Below are positions 16,481 through 24,770 of a DNA stretch of 32,000 nt, piece after piece; position 1 is the stretch's first letter; each line of letters begins with the position of its first letter. The stretch is from Candidatus Saccharimonadota bacterium (lineage in GTDB: Bacteria > Patescibacteriota > Patescibacteriia > 2-12-FULL-60-25). Under the pieces are notes generated by a model that saw nothing but the letters and a program-made list of their open reading frames with translations, ran no database searches and was not told the origin of the DNA. Made by a program: the position numbers and the translations under genes. The stretch is from the NCBI GenBank assembly GCA_016699205.1, contig CP064964.1, forward strand, positions 720,001-752,000, given 5' to 3'.

Positions 16481-16497
16481 GGAGTGAAAGGGGTATC

Positions 16498-17605
16498 ATG
16501 ACTGAATCTATGAATGCTGTTTGTGAAGTTCCAAAACAACGTTCGTTTTGGCTGCGTTTCTGGCAGGCGCTGCTCGCCGTGGCGTTGGTTTGGTTTGTTT
16601 GGAAATGGATGATTTCGCCGTTTCTATTTTTGCTTCCGAGCGCGTCCGTTGGGCCGTCGTATGCCGCTATGTTTATTCTCGGTTTGGTGGCGAGTGTTTC
16701 CACGTGCCTCGCATCGACCGGTGCATTCCTCATCGCGTTTAGCGGAAAGGATTCGATGAGCGTGGCTCTTACTCATACCGGACGATTGGTTGCGTTTGTC
16801 GTTGGAGGTGCGTTACTCGGCGGTATCGGCCAGGGGATTGCGCTGTCTGTGGGCGCATACGGTATTGTCGGTATCATTCTTGGTTTCGTGCTTGCGGGGG
16901 TTGCTTTGTATCTCCTCGATCTTTTGCCGCGCAGTCTTGTGTCTCTTCCGATGGCCTTTGGCCGCTTTGCGCATGGCGTTGCGGGCAAGCACGGTAAGGC
17001 GATTCCGCCATTGGTTGGAGCCGTGACATTTTTGCTTCCTTGCGGATTCACGCAGGCCGCACAAACTATGGCTTTGGCTTCCGGTTCCGCTCAAGTCGGA
17101 GCGACGATGATGGGCGTTTTCGCTCTCGGTACGTTTCCCGTTTTGGTCGGGTTGAGTTTGTTTGGATCGATGGCATCGATGAAGAGTCGGGCGATTCAGC
17201 TTGCGACCGGAGGTATGCTCGCCTTGTTTGCGGTGGCGCAAATTGACGGCGGGCTAACCGTGCTTGGATCGCCAGTGACGCTAGAAGGTGCGATCGTTTC
17301 CGTGGGCGGTGCATTGACGGTTGCGCCGGTACAAGCGGAAGAGCAAATCGTGAGTATGCGGGTTGCGTATGGGACCTTTAGTCCGAGCCGTTTTGTTTTG
17401 AAACGGGGAGTACCCGTACGTTGGGATATTGAAGGTGTCGACGTCAGTGGCTGTGCGGAGTTCGATTGTCGCGCCGACCATCGGAGTAAATCAGAGCCTT
17501 GTTCTTGGGATGAATACGGTTCGATTTACGCCGTCTCGTACTGGTACAATTCCGTTTTCCTGCGCGATGGGTATGATTCGCGGTTCATTCCAAGTTGTCG
17601 ATTAA
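16498..17605 (+). CDS. DsbD_2/TauE-like polytopic membrane protein fused to a C-terminal cupredoxin-like domain; one +1 frame break
   Basis: ATG 16498 (MTESMNAV...), about 7 hydrophobic segments. After ...VPVRWDIEGVDVSGCA (about 17457) the conserved end is in the +1 frame: SSIVAPTIGVNQSLVLGMNTVRFTPSRTGTIPFSCAMGMIRGSFQVVD, stop 17603-17605. It lies immediately upstream of copA. Confidence 0.6.
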
Positions 17606-17609
17606 TGCT

Positions 17610-19747
17610 ATGAAAACTCAATTAAAGATTCTTGGGATGCATTGCGCTTCATGCGCGCTTACGACCGAGCAGGCTTTGAAGAAGGTTCCGGGAGTCATCG
17701 AGGCAAGGGTTAACTACGCGAGTGAGCGTGCCTCTATTGAGCATGGCGAGCACGTCCACTTGGAAACTCTCGTGAATGCCGTGCGGGATAATGGATATGA
17801 TGCGGTTGATGAGCATGCAAAACATGGAGAGAGCCATCTGACGCATGGCGGATACATCGATATGCGCGGGCTTGTGATCGCCGGAGTCCTTGCCTTGCCT
17901 TTGATCGCCAGTATGTTTGTGATGTTACCGACGCCTGTCCTTGCGATCAGTGCTTGGATTTTAGTTCTCGTGCTTGGTTGGAAATTTCATGTTGGAACTT
18001 GGAATGATGTTCGGCATTTCCGAGCGGGAATGGATGCCTTAGTGACGGTCGGAACGGGTTCCGCGCTTTGTGGAGTACGTATGCGATGCTGATTGGTTCT
18101 GCCGATGTGTATTTTGAGGTTGCTGGCATTGTCGTATTCTTCTTACTGCTTGGGAAATGGTTGGAGGCGCGTCAGCGTATGCAGGCAGGTACCGCGATCG
18201 AGGTTTTGCTTTCTTTGCATGCCAAGGAGGCGCATTGTTTGAAGCCGGATGGAACAACGGAGGATGTAGACGCGGCTTTGCTCCGGCCGGATGATCGATG
18301 TCTTGTGAAAAGCGGTGAACGCATTCCGATGGATGGCGTGATCGAAAAGGGCCATTCATCCATCGACGAGTCTATGCTGACGGGGGAGTCGATTCCTGTT
18401 GAAAAGCATGCCGGCGACTTGGTGTACGGTGCGACGGTGAACGGTACGGGATCGTTTACGATGAAGGTGACGGTTAAACCGGGTGAGTCGGCGTTGGATG
18501 CGATTGTGGCAACGGTTCAGCATGCGCTTGCGACTAAGTCGCCTGTCGAAAAGCTTGTCGACAAGATCTCCGGTGTTTTTGTTCCGATCGTTATTGTCTT
18601 GGCGATCGTGACGTTTGGTGTTTGGTTATGGGTTATGGGTACTGGGTTGGGTGAAGCGATTAAGCATGCCGTAACCGTTCTTATCGTTGCCTGTCCTTGT
18701 GCGCTCGGATTGGCGACACCGGCTGCCATTATGGTCGGGACGGGTGCGGGGGCTAAGCGCGGGATTCTTGTGAAGGAAGGATCGGCGCTTGAGGCGGCGC
18801 GGCGTGTGAATCTTGTGATGTTTGATAAGACGGGGACGCTTACGGAAGGGAAGCCGACGGTTACGGACATTATTCCTGCGGAAGGTGTATCGGAGAAGGA
18901 GTTGCTTTCCCTTGCCGCCGGTCTCGAGCTTGCCTCGGAACATCCGCTTGCGAGTGCCGTGCTTGCGGTGGCGACGGAGCGCGGTGTATCGGTCGCGCAC
19001 ATCGAGGAGTTTAAGGCGATGACAGGTAAGGGCGTACAAGCGATGCATGAGGGTCACGAAGTTCGTTTGGGAACGGAAGCATTTTTGAAGGAGGTGGGAG
19101 CAATATTGTCCTCAACGGATGCAAATCAGCTCACGGTTCTCCGTCATGAAGCCAAGACGGTGATTCTTGTCGCAAAGGATGGGAAATATCTTGGAGCGAT
19201 TGCGGCGCGTGACAGATTAAAGAGCGATGCGGCGGGAGCGATTAAGAAGCTTCGTGAACATGGCATTGAAACGGGGCTCATCACGGGCGATCATCGCATG
19301 ACGGCGGATGCTGTCGCCAAGGAACTCGGTATCGATATGGTTTTGTCTGAAATTTCACCGTCGGGAAAGTCGGAGGAGGTGAAGCGGCTTCAGGAGGCTG
19401 GAAAAAAAGTCGCGTTTGTTGGCGATGGGATGAATGATGCGCCGGCACTTGCGCAGGCCGACCTTGGAATCGCCATGGGAACGGGAACGGATGTGGCGAT
19501 TGCGACCGGACAGATCGTACTCATGAATGGTTCGCCGTCCAAAGCGGCTGACGCGCTCTGGCTTGCACGTAGAACCTTCCAGACGATACGCCAGAATTTG
19601 TTTTGGGCGTTTGCGTATAACGTTGTGTTGATTCCGCTTGCGATGACTGGCGTTGTGAATCCGATTTTTGCCGGACTTGCCATGGCGTTCTCGAGTGTTA
19701 GTGTACTGGCCAATAGCTTACGCATTTCGCGAAGTCTACACGCTTAA
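17610..19747 (+). CDS. copA: Copper-translocating P1B-type ATPase; one frame break (missing base at TTT 18067-18069)
   Basis: HMA domain LGMHCASCA; TGES (MLTGESIPV); CPC ([12 protein letters not shown]); DKTGT ([10 protein letters not shown]); [17 protein letters not shown]. The ORFs 17595-18092 and 18068-19747 join as ...GTGSAL(L)WSTYAMLIG... Confidence 0.9.
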
Positions 19748-19752
19748 GTTCT

Positions 19753-20193
19753 ATGATGAATAACATGCGCCCATATCTTTATCCCGTCGCATTTCTACAA
19801 GCGGTTGTGGCCATGACGGGGAGCTTGTACTTCAGCGAGGTGATGCACTTGGTGCCGTGCGTCTTGTGTTGGTACCAGCGCATCACGATGTATCCGCTGG
19901 TCGCGATCCTGTTTGTTGGAATGTATTTTAAGGATTCGAAAGTGTATCGATACGTTTTGCCGCTCGCGATTATCGGTCTTTTAATTGCGACTTACCACGT
20001 TGTTTTGTACTACGCCGTGAATTGGGGGATTCGTCCGGATTGGGTGGGGCCGTGTGTTGCGGGCGTTTCTTGTACGACGCGGTATATTGAGTGGCTTGGG
20101 TTTATCACGATTCCACTTTTGTCTTGGGTAGCGCACTTGGTTATTGCGGTTTTGATGGGGTTGGCTTGGAAATCGGAGAAGCGGGTGGGTTGA
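19753..20193 (+). CDS. dsbB: Disulfide bond formation protein B (DsbB/BdbC family)
   Basis: 146 aa with four hydrophobic helices. CVLCWYQRITMYP motif plus a second Cys pair (CVAGVSC). Confidence 0.85.
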   Translation: MMNNMRPYLYPVAFLQAVVAMTGSLYFSEVMHLVPCVLCWYQRITMYPLVAILFVGMYFKDSKVYRYVLPLAIIGLLIATYHVVLYYAVNWGIRPDWVGPCVAGVSCTTRYIEWLGFITIPLLSWVAHLVIAVLMGLAWKSEKRVG

Positions 20194-20217
20194 CAATTTG
20201 CTTATTTTCTGTAATAT
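20190..20217 (+). promoter_or_regulatory. Sigma70-type promoter for GC-rich cassette b
   Basis: TTGACA (20190-20195, containing the dsbB stop), 16 nt, TAATAT (20212-20217). A leader of about 110 nt runs to the SD GGAGG and ATG 20332. Confidence 0.55.
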
Positions 20218-20331
20218 CTTATTGCTCGTTGAAACTTATCGTTTCATCTTTGCTTACGGATAGGCAGGCCTCAAGTTCTGCACACGTTGTGTGGAATAGG
20301 GAGGTAAGCCGAGCGTGATCGGAGGTGCCGC

Positions 20332-21003
20332 ATGGCACGCAAGAAGAGTGAGTTTCTGTCTGCGTACGGAGTCGCGTTTCAGGTTCTGAAGTCCATCACC
20401 GACGCGGTGCTGGCGGAGGGAGGATCGGATGAGGATCTGCGGTCGCTGCTGAGCGATTCTGAGAAGTGTAGGCGCGTGGCGATGGAGATCGTGGGTCATA
20501 AGCCGCGCGAGCAGAAGGGTACGTCCTACCGCGGTGACGTATCTCCTGCTGCTACCGGCTTCCGCGCCGAGGTCATCTACGTCCAGCCCTCCTACGCCGA
20601 TCTCAAGAAGGTGTTCGACTGTGTGTACGACGGCTACAAGAACGCCGAGTTCAAGCCGATCGACATCTGCAAGGATGTCTCGGTTGAGAACCGTGAGATC
20701 GAGTTCGAGCTCGTGCATCTGAACAAGGATGTGAGCACGGACAAGGCTCTCGCGGAGCTCGACAAGCAGGGCCTGTGCCCCGCTCTCTACGAGGAGCTGC
20801 TTGCCTTCGCGGCGAAGTATCCGGAGCTGCAGAAGCAGTTCCCGATCGTGGCCTTGGGCTCGGTGTGTCGCTACGACGACGACCTCTACTCTCCGTACGT
20901 CCTCTGGAACGACGTTGAGCGGGGCCTCGACTTCTACTGGATCGACGACGACTGGGACGGCCGCTACCGGTTCCTCGCCGTGCGCAAGCAGCCCAGCGCT
21001 TAG
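20332..21003 (+). CDS. Hypothetical protein (cassette b) with a conserved-looking C-terminal module ...FPIVALGS...WIDDDWDGRYRFLAVRK
   Basis: 223 aa. SD GGAGG 6 nt upstream. High GC3. No signal peptide or TM segment. No family I can name. Confidence 0.7.
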   Translation: MARKKSEFLSAYGVAFQVLKSITDAVLAEGGSDEDLRSLLSDSEKCRRVAMEIVGHKPREQKGTSYRGDVSPAATGFRAEVIYVQPSYADLKKVFDCVYDGYKNAEFKPIDICKDVSVENREIEFELVHLNKDVSTDKALAELDKQGLCPALYEELLAFAAKYPELQKQFPIVALGSVCRYDDDLYSPYVLWNDVERGLDFYWIDDDWDGRYRFLAVRKQPSA

Positions 21004-21044
21004 CGCTCGGTCCCTTAGCTCTTTCCCACAGCACTTACTCATTC

Positions 21045-21084
21045 GGCCCTTAACACTTCTGTTAGGGGCCGTTTGAATTTCTTT
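21045..21084 (+). terminator. Rho-independent terminator of cassette b
   Basis: ggcccttaaca-cttc-tgttaggggcc (one T:G pair), followed by gtttgaatttcttt. Confidence 0.6.
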
Positions 21085-21097
21085 GAGCAATCATTGC

Positions 21098-21126
21098 TTG
21101 ACAAATACCTTTCATAAACGTAAATT
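21098..21126 (+). promoter_or_regulatory. Sigma70-type promoter of the Rrf2/Fe-S operon
   Basis: TTGACA (21098-21103), 17 nt, TAAATT (21121-21126). Small palindromes follow (cccag-N7-ctggg, ccgcc-tga-ggcgg) before ATG 21171. Confidence 0.6.
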
Positions 21127-21170
21127 CCCAGCTACTAACTGGGTATTTCCGCCTGAGGCGGATCCTTGAT

Positions 21171-21578
21171 ATGAATTCGCTTTTCCGCGTGTCTGAACGC
21201 AACCATTTTGGCCTTATTTTTATGACCCAGCTGGCAAGTTTGCCGGCTGATGGGTTCTTGAGTGTGAAAGATGCCGCCAAGGCCATGAACATGGCGGAAG
21301 GGTATTTGGAGGAGGTGGCGGGGAGTTTGAAGAAGGCGGGGCTTGTGGCCGGTCGTCAGGGGCCGGGAGGGGGTTACAAGCTCGCTAAGCCTGCTACGGA
21401 GATCACGGCGGAGGAGATCGTGGTTGCGCTGGAGGGACCGGTTTCCCTCGTGCCTTGTCTTGAGTCGCATGGATGCCCGGTGGAATCAAAGTGCCAGAGT
21501 AAAAAGTTGTGGGGGTTTTTGCAGAAGGATGTTCTTGCGACACTACGGAAAACCAAGCTTCAGGAAATTGCCGTATGA
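21171..21578 (+). CDS. Rrf2-family transcriptional regulator (IscR/SufR-like position)
   Basis: 135 aa. Winged-HTH region ...LSVKDAAKAMNMAEGYLEEVAGSLKKAGLVAGRQGPGGGYKLA. Cys cluster PCLESHGCPVESKC. The stop overlaps the next ATG (ATGA). Confidence 0.85.
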   Translation: MNSLFRVSERNHFGLIFMTQLASLPADGFLSVKDAAKAMNMAEGYLEEVAGSLKKAGLVAGRQGPGGGYKLAKPATEITAEEIVVALEGPVSLVPCLESHGCPVESKCQSKKLWGFLQKDVLATLRKTKLQEIAV

Positions 21579-22801
21579 AATCGACCAAAATAATTTATCT
21601 TGACTGTGCCGCAACCACGCCGCTTGATAGCCGTGTGCTTGAGGCGATGAATCCGTATTTTTCGGATGATTTTGGGAATCCGTCTTCATTTCATAGCGTT
21701 GGCATGCAGGCCAAGGATGCGGTGTCCGATGCGCGTGGAACGATTGCGCGTTTGATTGGTGCGCATGAAGAAGAGATTATTTTTACTTCCGGTGGAACCG
21801 AGTCGGATAACTTGGCCGTGATTGGCGTGCCTCGATATCACACAAAAGCTTTGATGGAAAAGTTGCAGGCATTGCCGCACGTCATCACGAGTGCCATCGA
21901 ACATCATGCTGTGCTTGAGCCGTTGATTGCTATGGATCGTAAGAAGGAAATTGAGCTGACGATCGTTGGCGTGAATCGTGAGGGGCAGGTTTCTGTCGAT
22001 GAAGTTGTTGCGGCTTTGAAGCCGAACACGGTTTTGATTTCCATCATGACGGCCAACAATGAAATCGGAACGATTCAGCCGATTGGCGACATCGGTCGCG
22101 AGATTTTGAAGTGGCGTAAGGCAAAGGAAACGGTGTTTCCTTATCTGCACACCGATGCGTGTCAGGCGACGGGGTATCTTGACCTCAATGTCGAGAAATC
22201 TCATGTCGATTTGCTCACGCTTAACGGATCGAAAATGTATGGACCGAAAGGAATCGGCGCTTTGTATGTTCGGAAGGGCGTGAAGCTGCAGCCGTTCTTC
22301 ATCGGGGGAGGGCAGGAGCGGAATATTCGATCGGGGACGGAGAATGTACCTGGAATTGTTGGGTTGGCTAAGGCGCTGGCGCTTGTGCAGGCGGATCGAG
22401 AAGTTGAAAGCGCGCGACTGACGGCGTTACGTGATCGACTCGCCGACGGATTAATGAAAATCCCAAAAACCATTCTGAACGGCCATGCGACGGAGCGTTT
22501 GCCGAATAGCGTGAATGTCTCGTTTATCGATATTGAGGGAGAAGCGGCTGTTCTGTATCTCGATGCGGTTGGGATTATGGCGTCGACGGGGTCGGCTTGT
22601 GCATCGACCTCGCTTGATCCATCACATGTGATTCTTGCGACGGGGCTTTCTTATGAAGCGGCGCATGGATCGATTCGATTCACTCTTGGGCACTCGACCA
22701 TGCAAGAAGATGTCGACTATGTGATCAAGGAAATGCCGGCCATTGTCGAGAGACTGCGCATGATGAGTCCCGTTAACATGGATATGAAATATTTTACATA
22801 G
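21575..22801 (+). CDS. nifS: Cysteine desulfurase (class V aminotransferase, NifS/IscS type)
   Basis: Starting from ATG 21575: MKSTKIIYLDCAATTPLD, ...FTSGGTESDN..., PLP-Lys region LNGSKMYGPKGIGALY, active-site loop STGSACAS. Confidence 0.9.
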   Translation: MKSTKIIYLDCAATTPLDSRVLEAMNPYFSDDFGNPSSFHSVGMQAKDAVSDARGTIARLIGAHEEEIIFTSGGTESDNLAVIGVPRYHTKALMEKLQALPHVITSAIEHHAVLEPLIAMDRKKEIELTIVGVNREGQVSVDEVVAALKPNTVLISIMTANNEIGTIQPIGDIGREILKWRKAKETVFPYLHTDACQATGYLDLNVEKSHVDLLTLNGSKMYGPKGIGALYVRKGVKLQPFFIGGGQERNIRSGTENVPGIVGLAKALALVQADREVESARLTALRDRLADGLMKIPKTILNGHATERLPNSVNVSFIDIEGEAAVLYLDAVGIMASTGSACASTSLDPSHVILATGLSYEAAHGSIRFTLGHSTMQEDVDYVIKEMPAIVERLRMMSPVNMDMKYFT

Positions 22802-22827
22802 AGCATTGACCATAGAACATTAAGCAT

Positions 22828-23514
22828 ATGAATAATTCAGTTACACCGGCCACCAATGACGCTCGTAAGGGTGATGTTGTTGCACCTACAAAGGAAAAGG
22901 GCTGGTTCTACACGGATACCGTGAAGGATCACTTTTTTCATCCGAAGAATTTTCTTGAGGATGAGGCAGGATATGGCGATGCGTATCTTGGAATGGTGGG
23001 ATCGCCGGCCTGTGGTGATGCGATGAAGGTTTGGTTGAAGATCGAAAAGGAGGCGGATGGGACGGAGCGCATCAAGGATTTCAAATGGAAGACATTTGGA
23101 TGTGCTTCCGCGATTGCATCGACCTCGATGTTGTCTGTCATGGTTACGGAAAATGGTGGAATGCCGATTGAAGCGGCCTTGGCGTTGCGTCCGCAGGATA
23201 TTATGGAGCGACTTGGAGGACTGCCGGCGAGAAAAGTTCATTGCTCGGTGCTTGGCGACAAAGCGTTGCGTAGCGCGGTGATGGATTACTATCGCAAGAG
23301 CGGGCAGATCGACAAAGTCGAGGTGGAGGCGGGGCGTTTGATCGACAAAGTATTGAAAATTACGGATCACGATATTGAAGAGGCGGTGTTGGAGGGTGCG
23401 GATACGCTGGAGAAAGTGCAGGCTCGTACAAAAGTTGGAACGGGGGATCCGTCTTGTATTCCTGAGGTCGAGAACTTGATCCGGTTTTACAAAGAGAAGT
23501 ACTTTGGGGCATAA
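22828..23514 (+). CDS. nifU: NifU/IscU-type Fe-S cluster scaffold with a C-terminal extension
   Basis: The three scaffold Cys are in the usual contexts (GSPACGD, FGCASAIAS, KVHCSVLG). The C-terminal ~70 aa resembles a BFD-like domain layout, but I see only one Cys. Confidence 0.85.
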   Translation: MNNSVTPATNDARKGDVVAPTKEKGWFYTDTVKDHFFHPKNFLEDEAGYGDAYLGMVGSPACGDAMKVWLKIEKEADGTERIKDFKWKTFGCASAIASTSMLSVMVTENGGMPIEAALALRPQDIMERLGGLPARKVHCSVLGDKALRSAVMDYYRKSGQIDKVEVEAGRLIDKVLKITDHDIEEAVLEGADTLEKVQARTKVGTGDPSCIPEVENLIRFYKEKYFGA

Positions 23515-23526
23515 TCGCCGCACTGT

Positions 23527-23745
23527 ATGAAGATTTCCAAGATCGTCGTTGATCGCGACCTCTGTATCGGGGCTGCTCCGTGCGTGACGGTTGCTCCGGG
23601 GGTGTTTCAGCTCGATGAAGAAAATAAGGCTTACGTCGTTGACCCAAAGGCAGCGGATGACGAGACGATTTTGCTCGCGGCCCAGGCATGTCCCGTGCAA
23701 GCCATCATCTTGTTTGATGAAGAAGGTAAGCAGATTTATCCGTAA
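23527..23745 (+). CDS. Small single-cluster ferredoxin
   Basis: 72 aa. DRDLCIGAAPCVTVAPGVF...AAQACPVQAI pattern of short 4Fe-4S/3Fe-4S ferredoxins. Confidence 0.75.
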   Translation: MKISKIVVDRDLCIGAAPCVTVAPGVFQLDEENKAYVVDPKAADDETILLAAQACPVQAIILFDEEGKQIYP

Positions 23746-23751
23746 ATGACG

Positions 23752-23782
23752 AGCGCCCCGTATCAGATCGATACGGGGCGCT
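23752..23782. terminator. Bidirectional hairpin terminator between ferredoxin (+) and cassette c (-)
   Basis: agcgccccgtatc-agatc-gatacggggcgct, a 13-bp perfect stem. Confidence 0.7.
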
Positions 23783-23787
23783 TTCAG

Positions 23788-24675
23788 TCAGAGCTGGATG
23801 CCGGTGGTGATGCGCAGTGTGTGCAGGAAGGAGAGGAGCTTGAAGCCAGTGGTGGCGACGAGCGGATCCTCCGAGTTCTGCATGTCCTCGAACAGATGTC
23901 CGTACGAGGCGATCGCCTTGGTGAGTTCGAGATAGTCGTCCTTGTACATCCCGGTGATGCTCAAGGCGCTTTCGAGTTCCGCGACGCGGTGGCTGAGCGT
24001 GAGCTCGAGATGCTTGATAACCTCGCGCTGACGTAGGATCTCGTGGGAGAGCAGGCGGCCGTTCTCGCGATGATCGCTGTTCTGCTGCTTGATTCGAGCG
24101 AGCGTGCTCCGGATGCCATCGAGCGCGGTCATCTCCTTGCGGAGTTCGCCGAGCTCTTCTGATGCACGGACGAGCCGGTCGCGGGACTGGCTGCCGTAGC
24201 TGATGGCGGCTTCACGAACCAGCTGGTTGGCAAAGCGCGTGAGCATCGGGTTGTGCTCGTGCTCGATGGAGGCGAAGTCGATGACGCGGACGGTGACGTC
24301 CGTTTTGGCGACGACGCGCGAGCATTGGCTGAGCCCGATGATGTCGGTGGCGTTCAGACTGCGCTCGTCTGCCTCGGGGAGGCCCCGAGAGGTGAGCACG
24401 GATTCAGAGGCGCGACCGCTCTCGATGAAGTAGAAGATCTTGGAGATCTTTTCCTCGCTCACGATGATCTCACCGCGGGCAAAGCGCTTCTCCGGGAGCG
24501 CGAGGAGCAGGGTCTCCTCGTTGTCCGGTTTGCTCGGAGCGCCCGTGATCGGGATCTCCATGCGTACGGTTGGCGGTCCCTCGGTTTCGAAGGACACCGT
24601 TTCATCCCTACGCGGGGACCTCACGCGAGGTACCAACGCGAGATGCGTGGGCTTGGGCGTGTTGCTGTTACCCAT
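23788..24675 (-). CDS. Hypothetical protein with a cyclic-nucleotide-binding-like domain and a C-terminal coiled-coil (cassette c)
   Basis: ATG 24675 is preceded by SD AAGGAGG (6-nt spacer). FARGEIIVSEEKISKIFYFIESGRA...ATDIIGLSQ...AKTDVTVRVIDFASI fits the cNMP-binding beta-roll pattern by eye. A heptad-rich stretch follows (ELGELRKEMTALDGIRSTLARIKQQ...HLELTLSHRVAELESAL). Confidence 0.6.
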   Translation of the reverse strand: MGNSNTPKPTHLALVPRVRSPRRDETVSFETEGPPTVRMEIPITGAPSKPDNEETLLLALPEKRFARGEIIVSEEKISKIFYFIESGRASESVLTSRGLPEADERSLNATDIIGLSQCSRVVAKTDVTVRVIDFASIEHEHNPMLTRFANQLVREAAISYGSQSRDRLVRASEELGELRKEMTALDGIRSTLARIKQQNSDHRENGRLLSHEILRQREVIKHLELTLSHRVAELESALSITGMYKDDYLELTKAIASYGHLFEDMQNSEDPLVATTGFKLLSFLHTLRITTGIQL

Positions 24676-24729
24676 TAACGTCCTCCTTAAAGGTGGGGCG
24701 TTCCCGGAATCATATCCGGAGAACAAAAG

Positions 24730-24758
24730 AACTTACAGGAAAACGGGGCTTTTGTCAA
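24730..24758 (-). promoter_or_regulatory. Sigma70-type promoter for cassette c
   Basis: The minus strand reads TTGACA (24753-24758), 17 nt, TAAGTT (24730-24735). Confidence 0.55.
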
Positions 24759-24770
24759 TCCATGACGCCC

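Noticed and set aside
17610-18092. Programmed frameshift in copA producing a short metallochaperone, as described for E. coli copA
   Set aside because: The break lies within the membrane region, well after the HMA domain, not at the domain boundary. I see no slippery heptamer or downstream structure, and nine other genes show similar homopolymer breaks, so an indel error is more likely.
20254-21090. 278-aa minus-strand ORF opposite the 223-aa cassette b gene
   Set aside because: It spans the plus-strand terminator and leader and lacks an SD. The plus frame has a GGAGG SD, a promoter and a terminator.
22837-23700. 287-aa minus-strand ORF opposite nifU and ferredoxin
   Set aside because: The plus strand encodes unmistakable IscU/NifU motifs. 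The minus ORF is low-complexity and crosses an intergenic gap.
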